Positions 1 through 10,593 of a stretch of DNA of 64,000 nucleotides are shown one piece after another. The stretch lies in contig CM074810.1 in NCBI GenBank assembly GCA_037447605.1, positions 1,584,880 to 1,648,879 of the forward strand. Direction: 5' to 3'. The number at the start of each line of letters is the position of its first letter. Within the stretch, counting starts at the first letter, position 1. This stretch comes from Zygnema circumcarinatum SAG 698-1b. Taxonomy: Eukaryota > Plantae > Zygnematophyceae. The notes beneath the pieces were generated by a model. It saw nothing but the letters and a program-made list of their open reading frames with translations, ran no database searches and had not been told where the DNA came from. A program made the position numbers and the translations under genes.

Positions 1-1110
1 GAAGGCCGCAGGGGTTAAGCTGGGACAAGACGCTGAGCCCACCCCCGATATGTGGCCGAGGGGAGCCATATGAAGGATTGCGCGGCCTGTTGGGATGGAT
101 CTGCTTCCGCTGCTCCCCGCGCCACCGCTGCACGCCTCCATTGGAACTCCGGTTCCCACCGATGAAGACATCTTCACTCTCTCTCACTCTATCTCACTTC
201 ACTCATAGCCCATAACTCACAGAATGAACCCAGAGACAAGCACAGTGGAAATAACACACGAGAGAGTATAGGAGAAATCTCACGGCTCTAAAACTCCTTT
301 ATAATAAGTATAACAATAATAAGAATGTCACTCACAGGAAGTTCTCCCCCTCTCACCAGCTACTTCTCCCCTTACTACCCTTGCGACACAAGCAGACCAG
401 CCCAGCAACACGAGCAGGCACAGAATAAGTCACGAAACTACAGTAGACTAGTGTGGTTATCCTACATAACAAAGATAAACCCTAAATACCGCCATGGCCT
501 TGTAAAGTGACATCTTCCTTGTTGACCGATGTCACGTCACGCCGCCCTCGCGTTCGCCAGCCTCGGTACGCTGCTCAACATCCAAATTTTGCGTCTTCGT
601 AAACTCCACGCCAAAGACCACCTAGTCGCCGTGTCAGCCCTCGCATAGCCTCGCCGCCCATTCAACTGTCGCCGCCCGCTCGAAGCGCGTAACTTCCGCT
701 CGTCCAGACACCGCCGCCGCCTCGCTGCCAAGATGTTCGCTTCGCTGCCAAGACTGCATAATATCTGATACCGGGCCCGCTGACGCAAATTCGGCCGCCG
801 TGATTTCCGGGCTGTTAATTGCCCATACCGCCGACTCCTGCCTCCTCCGTAGCTGACCTCGCCGAGTCCGGGCGACCAAGCACTAAGGGTCCGGACGCCG
901 GGTTCCTACTGACATCACCGACATCCTCCCGCCTCGAAAAGCGTGCACGGGCCACCTAGACATTTGGCCCGACCGTATTCCTAGGAACACTACTAGAAGC
1001 GTATCTCATGTTTCCTGCAACTCAGGACCATAACAATGTTAGTGTGAACCCGTACAATGTCTAACTATAGCACACTAACACTAACAATCCCCCTCTTGGG
1101 NNNNNNNNNN

Positions 1111-1182
1111 CCACAACAATGTTAGTGTGAACCCGTACAATGTCTAACTATAGCACACTAACACTAACAATCCCCCTCTTGG
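1111..1182 (-). mobile_element. Copia polypurine tract and start of 3' LTR
   Basis: On the minus strand, AAGAGGGGGA is followed by TTGTTAG just after the pol stop codon. The same ~70 bp also occurs at 1031-1100, before the N gap (contig overlap). The far end of the LTR was not located. Confidence 0.6.
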
Positions 1183-1185
1183 GCC

Positions 1186-1954
1186 TCAGTTCCTCATGGG
1201 CCCTAGCCCAATGAGTCTGCTATTCACTAGTAGCGTCTCACCACTAACTCCTTTAGTCAACATATCCGCAGCCTGCTCCTTCGTCCCCACGAACTTCACA
1301 ACAATCATCCCCTCCTCTACCAATTCTCGCACATAATGGTATTGCACTCTGATGTGCTTTGTCCTCTTATGAAACACAGGGTTTTCAACAAGAGCTATGG
1401 ACGACTGATTATCCGTGAACAAAGTCAAGGGACGTTGTGGCCTCTTACACTCATCAAAGAAATGTTGGAACCAAACTCCCTCCTTCGCTGCGTGACATGC
1501 TCCCATGTACTCGCCTTCGGTGCTAGACAACGCAACCGAATCCTGTAGCTTCGAGCTCCATGAGATCGCTCCACCTGCGTTCAGGTACACAAATCCGGAG
1601 GTCGATCGCGAAGTGTCCACGTCACCTCCCCAGTCAGAGTCGGTGTATCCGATCACTCTGTTCGGTGTTGCTCCCGAGTCAGCTCCTGCGCTCTCCGGCG
1701 TGCTGATCTCCTCCAAAACCGGGACCTGAGGCGCTTCAACGCCTTCTCCGCTGGTTTCCACGTCCTCATACACAATCTCCAATCCTGCCTTTTGGGGTTG
1801 GGTCTCACCTAGTCGTGTCACCACCCCTTTCTCATCCACCGTGATGTCCCTCGAGCTCTGCACTTCCTTCGCTCGCGGGTTCCAAATCCTGTAGGTGCGA
1901 CTGTCCATGTTGTAGCCGAGAACATATCCTTCAACGGCTCGCGGGTCGAACTTC
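1186..1954 (-). mobile_element. Ty1/Copia pol fragment (post-integrase SH3-like region + RNase H), RT domain missing
   Basis: KFDPRAVEGYVLGY...YRIWNP...SRDITVDE (Copia post-integrase motif) is followed by GYTDSDWGGD...RSTSG...ISWSSKLQ..VALSSTEGEY...DNQS...FHKRTKHI...QAADMLTK (Copia RNase H). The fragment is cut at the 1955-1964 gap. Confidence 0.92.
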
Positions 1955-1964
1955 NNNNNNNNNN

Positions 1965-4501
1965 ATGGTGCAGGGCCTTCCCGTCCGCCGCGTGCGGACA
2001 CGGTCGAACAGCCGCGCAAAACTGGTGCGCCAGGCGGCCGACCTAAGGGAAATGGCAAGAGGAAATTTCCTTCCTCTCACCAGCAGCAGCACCAACGGCC
2101 ACAGCCGCAGAAACTTGCTCCACAGGAGATGGAGGCTTTGCGCGCGGAAAACAAGTGTTTCCGTTGCAGGAAAGTGGGGCATAGGTCTTATGACTGCCCA
2201 TCTTTCAAGAAGGATAGGAAGGGGAAAGGGCCGGCGGAAAACGGCTCCCCACCAGCAGCTTAGGAGTCTCTGCTGGTGGGCTTGACAGTAGGGGGGGCAG
2301 CGCATTAGCTGCCATCACTAGTGTAGAATGTTATATTCCAAGGGCGGATGACATTCTTAAAGTGATTGGGGGAGTTTTCAGCGGGAATATGTTGTTGGTG
2401 TGCGATGCATTCCCTGCTGATTATTCATTGCCACCTGCTATGCTTGTGACTCCAACAGCATTTCCGAATGCTGTCTTGATGAAAGAATGGCATGTCATTA
2501 TCTTGAATGCCATGGGCAGTGATGCCTTAGTGCACTGTGCATTCGATGCCTTGCGCTTGCTGCGGTCGAAAGACCATGTACTCAGTCTGCGAGTACTGCT
2601 CCCACAACACGTGGCAGTGAAGGCTTATCCACAGACTGAGTGGAAAGTGGTAAAGCTTTGGAAGAAGGGCTTCTCCCTTCTTAGGTGGGTGATTGGAGCT
2701 TCTACCACTGTGCTGGGGAAGTCTCCTCATCCCCTTGTGTGGCGGTTAGCGCGCCCCCACGCACCGAATGTGCTACGGTCCATTTTCCACTTGTCTCATC
2801 GTGCTATGACCTTCCAGGGTTCGGCCGATGGACACTCAGCAGTGGTTTTGCTGGACACTGGCGCGGACGCTAACTTTGTTAGCGCAGCCTTTGTCAGGAC
2901 TGCGGGGTTTGCAGTCCAGCCTCATTCCGATAGTGTAACTTTCGGGGATGGACGCACGGGCCAGATTTCTGGCAGCGTCAGCGTGAAATTGAAGATTCAG
3001 TCTTACTCCGGGGTGGTCAACTGCTTGTTGACGTTATTAGCCCCAGGAACAGACTTGATCTTGGGGAGCAAATGGCTGACGCTTATGGGCGCTCAGTTGG
3101 ATTTTGTTGTCCCTAATTGCGTCCTCCGCAGTGAAGGAAGACGCATGACTCTGCAACCAGGCACTCCTTCGGGACCAGCCTCGTCGCGGTCATCTTTGTC
3201 GTTTTTGTGCTCTGCCATGCAATTGGGCAAAGCATTAAAAACGAGTAGCATCTTGTTTATGGTGCAAGTCATGACGGCAACCGAGGACGCTCATGACGGG
3301 GACCAGGAGTGGCAACCCACGGCGGGTGAAACAATGCCACTTGTCCCAACTGTGTTTCAACCCTTGTTGAAAGCGTTCGGGTGTGACGGGCTCCCGAATT
3401 TATCTGGCCAAGGGGTCTCAGCCTCTCCGCCTGGGCATACCATACCCCTTGAGCCGTAACGTAAACCTCCCCTCGAGGCCTATCTATAGGGCTTAGGTCC
3501 GGAAGGGAGACCGAGGAGATGCTTAAAAGCAACTCGCTAACTGGCGCGCGGAGAAGGGCCGGGATTGAGTTCAAATGCAGCCCCTTTGGGGCCCCATCCT
3601 CTTCGCCGCTGGTGCTAAGGATGGGTCTTTGGAGAATGTGCATCGACATCTGTGCGACCACAAGACTACTCGCAAAGAACAGGTTCTGCCTTTAATGCCA
3701 AGATAGATGATCTTCGACCTACCGCAAGGGCCAAGGTATTCACCTCGCTCGACCTTGCGCAGGGGTACCATCAGATCCGTGTCACGGATGCTGATGTTCC
3801 TAAGACGGCATTTCGGACGCCAATTGGTCACTTCCAATACAAGGTGCTACCTTTTGGACTGACCAACGCTCCGGCTACATTCCAAGCTGTGATGAACGAA
3901 ATGTTCGGCTCTAAGATGGATGAGTTTTATCCCTCGTCTACCTGATGATATCCTCGGTATTCGCGAAGATGTACGCCAACATCTGTGCATGTAATGCTAG
4001 GGTGTTCGAGGTGTTGGGCGTAAAACACACGTTTTGGCGCCGCTTTAAAGAAGTGTAACTCTCATGCAATCCAGAGTTGTTGTATCATCTTGGGCATATT
4101 CTGAATGATCAAGGCCTTCGGCCAGACCCTGCCAAAGTTTCTACGGTAGAAACTTGGGCAGCACCAACTGACTTACATCAGTTGCGATCATTCTTGGGAT
4201 TTGCGAATTATTTTCGTAAGTTTATCCAAGGCTTTAGTAGTTGGTAACACACTTTACCACTTGACACGCTCCGTGTCGCTGGCATGCATGGACACCGTGA
4301 GTGCCGCATTTGGCATTTGATGCGTGAGACATGCGCTTCAGGACAAAGACCTACGTGCTTGAGTGTTGGCTGATCCATGCATAAGTTATATGAAGTGGTA
4401 TGTGACGCTTCGGGGTTCGCTTTGGGTGCGGTCTTGTTCCAAGACGACCAACCTCTTGCTTACGAAAGTCGCAAGATGAACCCAGCTGAGCGAAACTACT
4501 C
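1965..4501 (+). mobile_element. Degenerate Ty3/Gypsy LTR retrotransposon gag-pol fragment
   Basis: CCHC knuckle CFRCRKVGHRSYDC at 2156-2197; protease LLDTGADANFVS in ORF 2362-3459; RT motifs FTSLDLAQGYHQI, KTAFRTPIGHFQYKVLPFGLTNAPATFQ and a frameshifted YLDD near 3940; RNase H CDASGFALGAVLFQDDQPLAYESRK. Many frameshifts. Both ends are N gaps. Confidence 0.9.
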
Positions 4502-5001
4502 NNNNNNNNNNGCCCTCCCTTGCCCTCCCCTCCTCGTCTATCCTCTTCTCGGTTTGCAATTTCTTGTGGTTCCTATTTTGGCTTTGTCCATGTTTATTTG
4601 ATGGCCTCACCATCTTGAGACCAATGCAAATCCCCTTTTCTTTTGTCGCACATTGTTGGAAGTCAATAGTGAAAAGGAGAAAACGAGGGGGGTGGAATGT
4701 CCAGAAAAAGAGAAGGGAAGGGGAGGGGAGGGGAGGGGAGGGGAGCGGGCGGGAGGGGAGGGCCGGGGGGGACATGGCAGGGGAGTGGAGCGGAGGGGAA
4801 GGGTGGGGAGGGGAGGGGAGGAGAGGGCAGGGGAGGGGGGGGAGCGGAGGGGACGGGAGGGGCGGGAAAAAGTTTTTTTTCCGAAATATTCAAAACTGGG
4901 GGGTACCAAAACGGGCAGGAAAAATTTTCAAAACGGGGGTGTGAAAGACAAAACGCAGGGGGTGCAGTAGAGTTACCCTTTATTATTGGATGAAACTTAA
5001 A

Positions 5002-6241
5002 GGGTAGTGATATTTCCACCCCTTTTTTGGATCCAAACACCCCTTCCCGGCCGGGCAGATTTCAAAAAGGTTTAAAAACGGAAATTGCCTTTTTCATACC
5101 TTTTTGGAATCGATACCCACCCTCCATCAGCAGATTTTATTTTTGCGAAACAAGGAAATAACCCGTCACCCCATTTTTAATATCCCGCCTACCTGAATTT
5201 TTTTTCATGCGTACGGTCAATCGCAGCCGTCGATTCCCTCGCAGATCGCAACACGGCAGATCACTATTGGATCTGCAGCCGGGCTCGGTCACAGCGAATG
5301 GCACGTGCCCACGTATCCCGCGAAACCCGTCTCAAACGTTTGTCCGTACAAATATCGTACGGTCGCAACTTTGAGGAACCCCAATATTTCGTACATTGAG
5401 AGCTTGGACCAATCAAAGTTTTCCACGTCCAAAATGTAACACGTGGCAGATGTTGATTGGCTGGGAGTTAACAATGACGAGATCTCGGGCCGAAGGACGC
5501 CCGCACTCGACTTGCGATTTGGCTTTGACGGGACTCGTGGGCGCCTTCCATTCGCTAAGATCGAGCCCGGCTGCAGATCGAACGGTGATCTGCAGTGGTG
5601 TGATCTGCGAGGGAATNNNNNNNNNNATTCCCTCGCAGATCACACCACTGCAGATCACCGTTCGATCTGCAGCCGGGCTCGATCTTAGCGAATGGAAGGC
5701 GCCCACGAGTCCCGTCAAAGCCAAATCGCAAGTCGAGTGCGGGCGTCCTTCGGCCCGAGATCTCGTCATTGTTAACTCCCAGCCAATCAACATCTGCCAC
5801 GTGTTACATTTTGGACGTGGAAAACTTTGATTGGTCCAAGCTCTCAATGTACGAAATATTGGGGTTCCTCAAAGTTGCGACCGTACGATATTTGTACGGA
5901 CAAACGTTTGAGACGGGTTTCGCGGGATACGTGGGCACGTGCCATTCGCTGTGACCGAGCCCGGCTGCAGATCCAATAGTGATCTGCCGTGTTGCGATCT
6001 GCGAGGGAATCGACGGCTGCGATTGACCGTACGCATGAAAAAAAATTCAGGTAGGCGGGATATTAAAAATGGGGTGACGGGTTATTTCCTTGTTTCGCAA
6101 AAATAAAATCTGCTGATGGAGGGTGGGTATCGATTCCAAAAAGGTATGAAAAAGGCAATTTCCGTTTTTAAACCTTTTTGAAATCTGCCCGGCCGGGAAG
6201 GGGTGTTTGGATCCAAAAAAGGGGTGGAAATATCACTACCC
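5002..6241. mobile_element. Long-TIR DNA transposon (Mutator/Foldback-like) with 8-bp TSD; interior lost in gap
   Basis: 5002-5616 is the reverse complement of 5627-6241 (615-bp arms). Termini read GGGTAGTGATATTTCC. Direct repeat AACTTAAA lies at 4994-5001 and 6242-6249. Confidence 0.8.
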
Positions 6242-6585
6242 AACTTAAATTACAAATAAAATTCAAACTTGGGGATGGCATGGCATGGGCTACATGCGGT
6301 ACTGTAGATGCCATGCCGATCCGAACACTGCCATGGACTCTCTCTCTGTACGAATACGTACGGTATCGTACGGACGAAATATTACCGTAGGGCGAAAAAT
6401 CCGGCGGGACATTATACTACATTTCTGGCCTCGCCTCCAATTTGAGCTTTCAATTTTTAGGGTGCCAGAACTGCGCAGCAAGACGATTCCTTCGCTGCTG
6501 CTCTCTCACTCTCCTTCTCTTCCTGTCTCCTACTCTCCCTCTCTCCCTCAGTCTCCCTCTCTCGCCTCTCCCTTTGAAAGCGGCC

Positions 6586-7828
6586 ATGAATAACACAGAG
6601 CTTGCTAAGGCGTTCGTTGCGCATTATTACTCGACGTTCGACCGTAACCGGCTTAACTTGATTAACCTTTATCAGGAAAATTCAATGCTCACGTTTGAAG
6701 GAAGAGAGTCGATCGGCCTAAAGGAAATTCAAGAAAAACTCTCCGAGCTCCCGCAGGAGTGTACACACGCCATAGATTCTATTGATAGTCAGCCGTCTTT
6801 TGGCGGAATGTTGGTTTTTGTGAGCGGCAAGCTTCAGCTTGCCGAACAGCAACATTCTCTGCGCTTCAGTCAGGTAAGGCGCGATTCAGATGTTGAAACT
6901 GTTACTGAATCTGTTAACTGAAAGCAAAATTACTGATGGTTTTTTTTATTATCTTTAGGATTTTTTAGGGATCTATTGCTATGGTCATGATCTCGGTGTC
7001 TGTTATCATCCTTAGTATAGCCGATTCATTTGCTAGTTTTACGGTCATCTCTATATTTGTTCAGCAGAATCTGCCACTGGAGCTGAGCGGTAGTAGTGTT
7101 GCTGAAAAGAAGTATGAGTCTTCCTGATTTGCTTTTCCTTCATGACTTCTCAACTCGTGTACTCCGCGAAATGCTGTTTGAAGTATATTTGAATGTTGTT
7201 TGAAGATTAGCGGAATGCTTTTTGAAGACTACCTGAATGCTGTTTGAAGGAATTTGCTTTTTTAATGGTATAGCAGAGAGAACTGTTAGCTAATGTTTGG
7301 TGAGATTTGATGTTTTCTGCAGCTTCACAATCCTGTTGGTTGCTTCATGCGCTCTTCTGTTATTGCTCTGTTGCAAAGATTTTATGCTATTGTAAAATGC
7401 CAAAATCTTAGCTTGACCAGTTTATATTGATCTTATTCTTTCGCTATTCAGTTCGGGTTAACTATCCAAGACCTATGCTGGTTTTTTGCTTTGAAGAACT
7501 TGTGCGTCTGTTGAAGACTGGCTCTTCAAGTAAATAATCTATTCCTTTTGTTTATCACTTCGAGAAGCAACTGGAGACGTCTCCAAGATTATTTTTTATT
7601 GGTGTTTCTTGAGCTCACGGTTGCTTTGTCATATCACACAGGATTGTGCAGTAATGACAATCTCTGTTATGGTTTGTCCTGTATGCAATCTCTTATGTTC
7701 TCTCGGTTTCTAGAGACTTTTTAATCCATGTTTCCTTTTTTTTCTTTCTGCAGATGTTCTGCCTCGTACCAACTCCAGCAGGAAGTTTTTACGTTCATAA
7801 CGACGTCTTCAGGCTCAACTATGGTTGA
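6586..7828 (+). CDS. NTF2: Nuclear transport factor 2; exons 6586-6873, 7754-7828 (120 aa)
   Basis: LAKAFVAHYYSTFD...LYQENSMLTFEG...IDSQPS...VFVSGKL...LRFSQ|MFCLVP...FYVHNDVFRLNYG*. Phase-0 GT-AG intron. Confidence 0.95.
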
Positions 7829-8927
7829 TGATGATGATGATGATGATGTGGGCATTATATCGACGTGACAGAGACTCAATGGCAGTGCAGAGAGAGTGAA
7901 GGCGGTACATGGTTTCAGAATTTTCTCATTCATAAGAATCATTCGCGGTGTTGCTCTTATGTGTCTCTAGCTTAAGATGTTTGTTTGGGCAACATGGCTG
8001 ATCCCGTGGTAGTTTTGGAACGATAGATCTATCATAATTGCGAAGTTGTGGAATCGGAATGTACTAGTAGTGTAGTGCATCTGTTAGTTACATAGCTGGT
8101 TAACTATGACCGATTATTTTTCCAAGGAGGTAGTGCCTCTCTCTCTCCCTATCTCTTGGAAGGACACGATGATGTGTTCTATGTCGCCTTGCCGGCACTT
8201 GGAGGGGTATTTTTCTCAAGCTTTTTCTCCAGAGTCAAGTCCCCCCTTGGTGGTTCCGGGAATGCTGAAGCCGGTTCAGGATGCAGGGAATTTCTCTCAC
8301 TCTCTCTCTCTCTCTCCCTGTCCCTCGTCGTCTGCCTCTTCCACTCCTTCGGCCCCGTCTGCTGCTTCTCTCCCCCTCTTCTCTTTCCCTCTACTCCTTC
8401 CCCCTCCTTTCCTCTCTCTTTTCAGTGTCCTTTGACTTCAGGGTTTTAGGTTTCAGTGTTTGAAGTGCTTCAAGGCTATGACGGGGTTATGAGACAGGCA
8501 GCTTGGTGAAGACTTCAACAGTTTAAACATAACGGAAAAATGGGCTCATGGGCTTTTAGAATGTATGAAGACAAGCGCTCTAATCTCTAGGTGCACTACC
8601 CGGAAAAAAATACCGAATTTGGGCTGTCTGTTTAGTTTTTCCGTACAATGGTTACGGTACAGTACGGGCGTAATGTACGGATGACCCTTACAAGACAAAC
8701 GGTACGGATCACGCTCGAACGGTAACAGAACTGGGCAGTCCGACATGGAAGGGTTGAATGACCCGAATTTTGCCAACGACAAGATGCAGCGTTGAACTAC
8801 AAGTGAGCGCATGGAGCGTCGCTCAAGCCAACCCTACAAGTGCAAACCCTAAAAACCCGTTCTTTCATAAAGCCCCACCTGCTCCACTCTGAACCTCACA
8901 AGGCTCATTTTCTTAAACCCTGAAATT

Positions 8928-10445
8928 ATGGCTGCCATGGCTTCGAGGCTCTCCTGCAGACCCCTGCTATTACAGAGGCAAGCTTTACCCCATTTAGTAC
9001 CGTTGCAGCTGCGCTTGACTTTATTTTCTCAGAGACAAGCGCAGCATTTCCGTCGATTTATGTACGGATTTTGTGAAACTAGGGTTCCACATAGAAACGG
9101 GCCTCGATTTAGGCTTTTAGGGTCCAGATTTTACAGAAAATTCTGTTCGCGTTCTACGGAATTGAATACGGGTACTGAAATTCGGGCACATGGAACCGCG
9201 GAAGTTCCTCCGGTGGAGGGAGGGCGAGGGGGAAGGGAGGGCGGGGCAGATTCGAAAAAAATTTACCTTCTTTTTTATGGTAAGCTTTACGGGCTTGAAT
9301 GTGAATTAAAGTTAATTCAATTTAATTTTAACAAATGCATCAAACTAATTTTTTATCCAACTTTTAAACCCCACAACGAATTACGTTGACTTAATCAAAA
9401 CCACTAAGCCACAATTTTTTAAATTGCGAATTCAACTACTAACTCAATGCAACCACATTTTTTCAGACTACGTTAAGGATGCCGCGGAACGGCGAGCTCC
9501 AATGAGAGAGCGCCACCTGGCACTCGCCCGCCAGCTGGCGGCGGAGGGCAAGCTCCTATTGGGCGGGGCCTTCAGCGAACCTCTCGATGGAGGGTGCTTG
9601 ATTTTCCTCACCGCTAATGAAAATGGTCAGATTGTGCGAACCCAAAAACCACAAACCAAAAACCAAAAACCAAAACCCAAAACCCAAAACCCAAACCCAA
9701 AAACCAAAACCCAAAACCAGAAACCCAAAACTCAAAACCAAAAACCAAAAACCAAAACCCAAAAACCAAAACCCAAAACCCAAAAGCCAAAACCGAAAAC
9801 CAAAAACCAAAACCCAAAACCCAAAACCCAAAAACCAAAACCAAAAACCAAAAACCAAAACCCAAAACCCAAAACCCAAAAACCAAAACCAAAAACCAAA
9901 AACCAAAACCCAAAACCCAAAACCCAAAACCCAAAACCCAAAAACCAAAACCAAAAACCAAAACCACCCAAAACCCAGAACCCGAAAACCAAAACTCAAA
10001 ACCCAACCACCAAAAACCACAAACCAAAAACCAAAACCCAAAAACCAAAACCTAAAAGCCAAAGACCAAAAACCAAAAACCAATTTCCCACCTTGCTCTT
10101 GATCAAGCTATGTTTTCCGACTTCTTGGTCCGCTTCATGGTAAACTATGAAACTATGAATATGAAGCCCTAAAAATCCTAAAAACCCTAAAAACCCTGAA
10201 AACCCTAATGACCCTCAATGACCCCTCCCCTCTATGCAGACATTGAAGAGCAGTTCGTCTCCCATGACCCCTATGTCCTGCACGGCCTCGTGACGTCATG
10301 GCGAATTCGAACATGGAGCCCCGTTGTTGGTTCCCTACTTCCGTTAGACTTCACCTTCACCTCACCTCCTCTTAACGGCGCGCCTTCTCTTCAAGAAGAG
10401 AAGAGAAATAATGTAAGCCGAATGGCCCTACACCCTAAACCCTGA
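8928..10445 (+). CDS. YCII/YciI-like domain protein with N-terminal organellar presequence; exons 8928-9279, 9467-9625, 10240-10445 (or 10240-10412 if fused to YicC)
   Basis: KIYLLFY|DYVKDAAERRAPMRERHLALA...GKLLLGGAFSEPLDGGCLIF...|DIEEQFVSHDPYVLHGLVTSWRIRTWSPVVGS matches the YciI-like pattern. Splice phases are consistent. The first ~48 aa are Arg-rich with no acidic residues. Confidence 0.85.
9640..10085. repeat. Degenerate (CCAAAA/CCCAAAA)n tandem array in YCII intron 2
   Basis: Imperfect 6-7-bp repeats, directly visible. They account for all the KPKT/FGFW ORFs here. Confidence 0.85.
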
Positions 10446-10593
10446 AACCGCTAAAGTCTTTCAAAAAAAAAAAAGAAAAACCGACAAAATATTGAAGCTT
10501 TGAAAAGCCACAAGCCCCAGAAATCTGAAAAGTCTCCAATGGTTAAAAAGCAGCGGTAATCTCCCAACCCCTGGTTATTAAAATCTGAAATGT

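Noticed and set aside
530-914. Possible solo LTR bounded by TGTCA...TGACA
   Set aside because: No matching 4-6-bp TSD, PBS or second copy in the window.
1031-1182. Tandem duplication of the LTR end
   Set aside because: Identical sequence lies on both sides of an N join, which indicates contig overlap.
1955-1964. Nested or chimeric Copia-Gypsy junction
   Set aside because: The junction is a 10-N scaffold join, so biological adjacency is not shown.
5396-5847. Two identical 144-aa ORFs on opposite strands
   Set aside because: They are a by-product of the palindrome and read through Ns. No domain is recognisable.
8106-8463. Short ORFs between NTF2 and YCII
   Set aside because: They run into CT repeats and show no homology. 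Probably 3' UTR or intergenic.
9640-10085. Possible true telomere or chromosome-fusion site
   Set aside because: The array is degenerate, internal to an intron and does not match TTTAGGG. It is not at a sequence end.
9424-10143. KPKT-repeat and FGFW-repeat ORFs
   Set aside because: They translate an intronic CCAAAA array, open in many frames on both strands.
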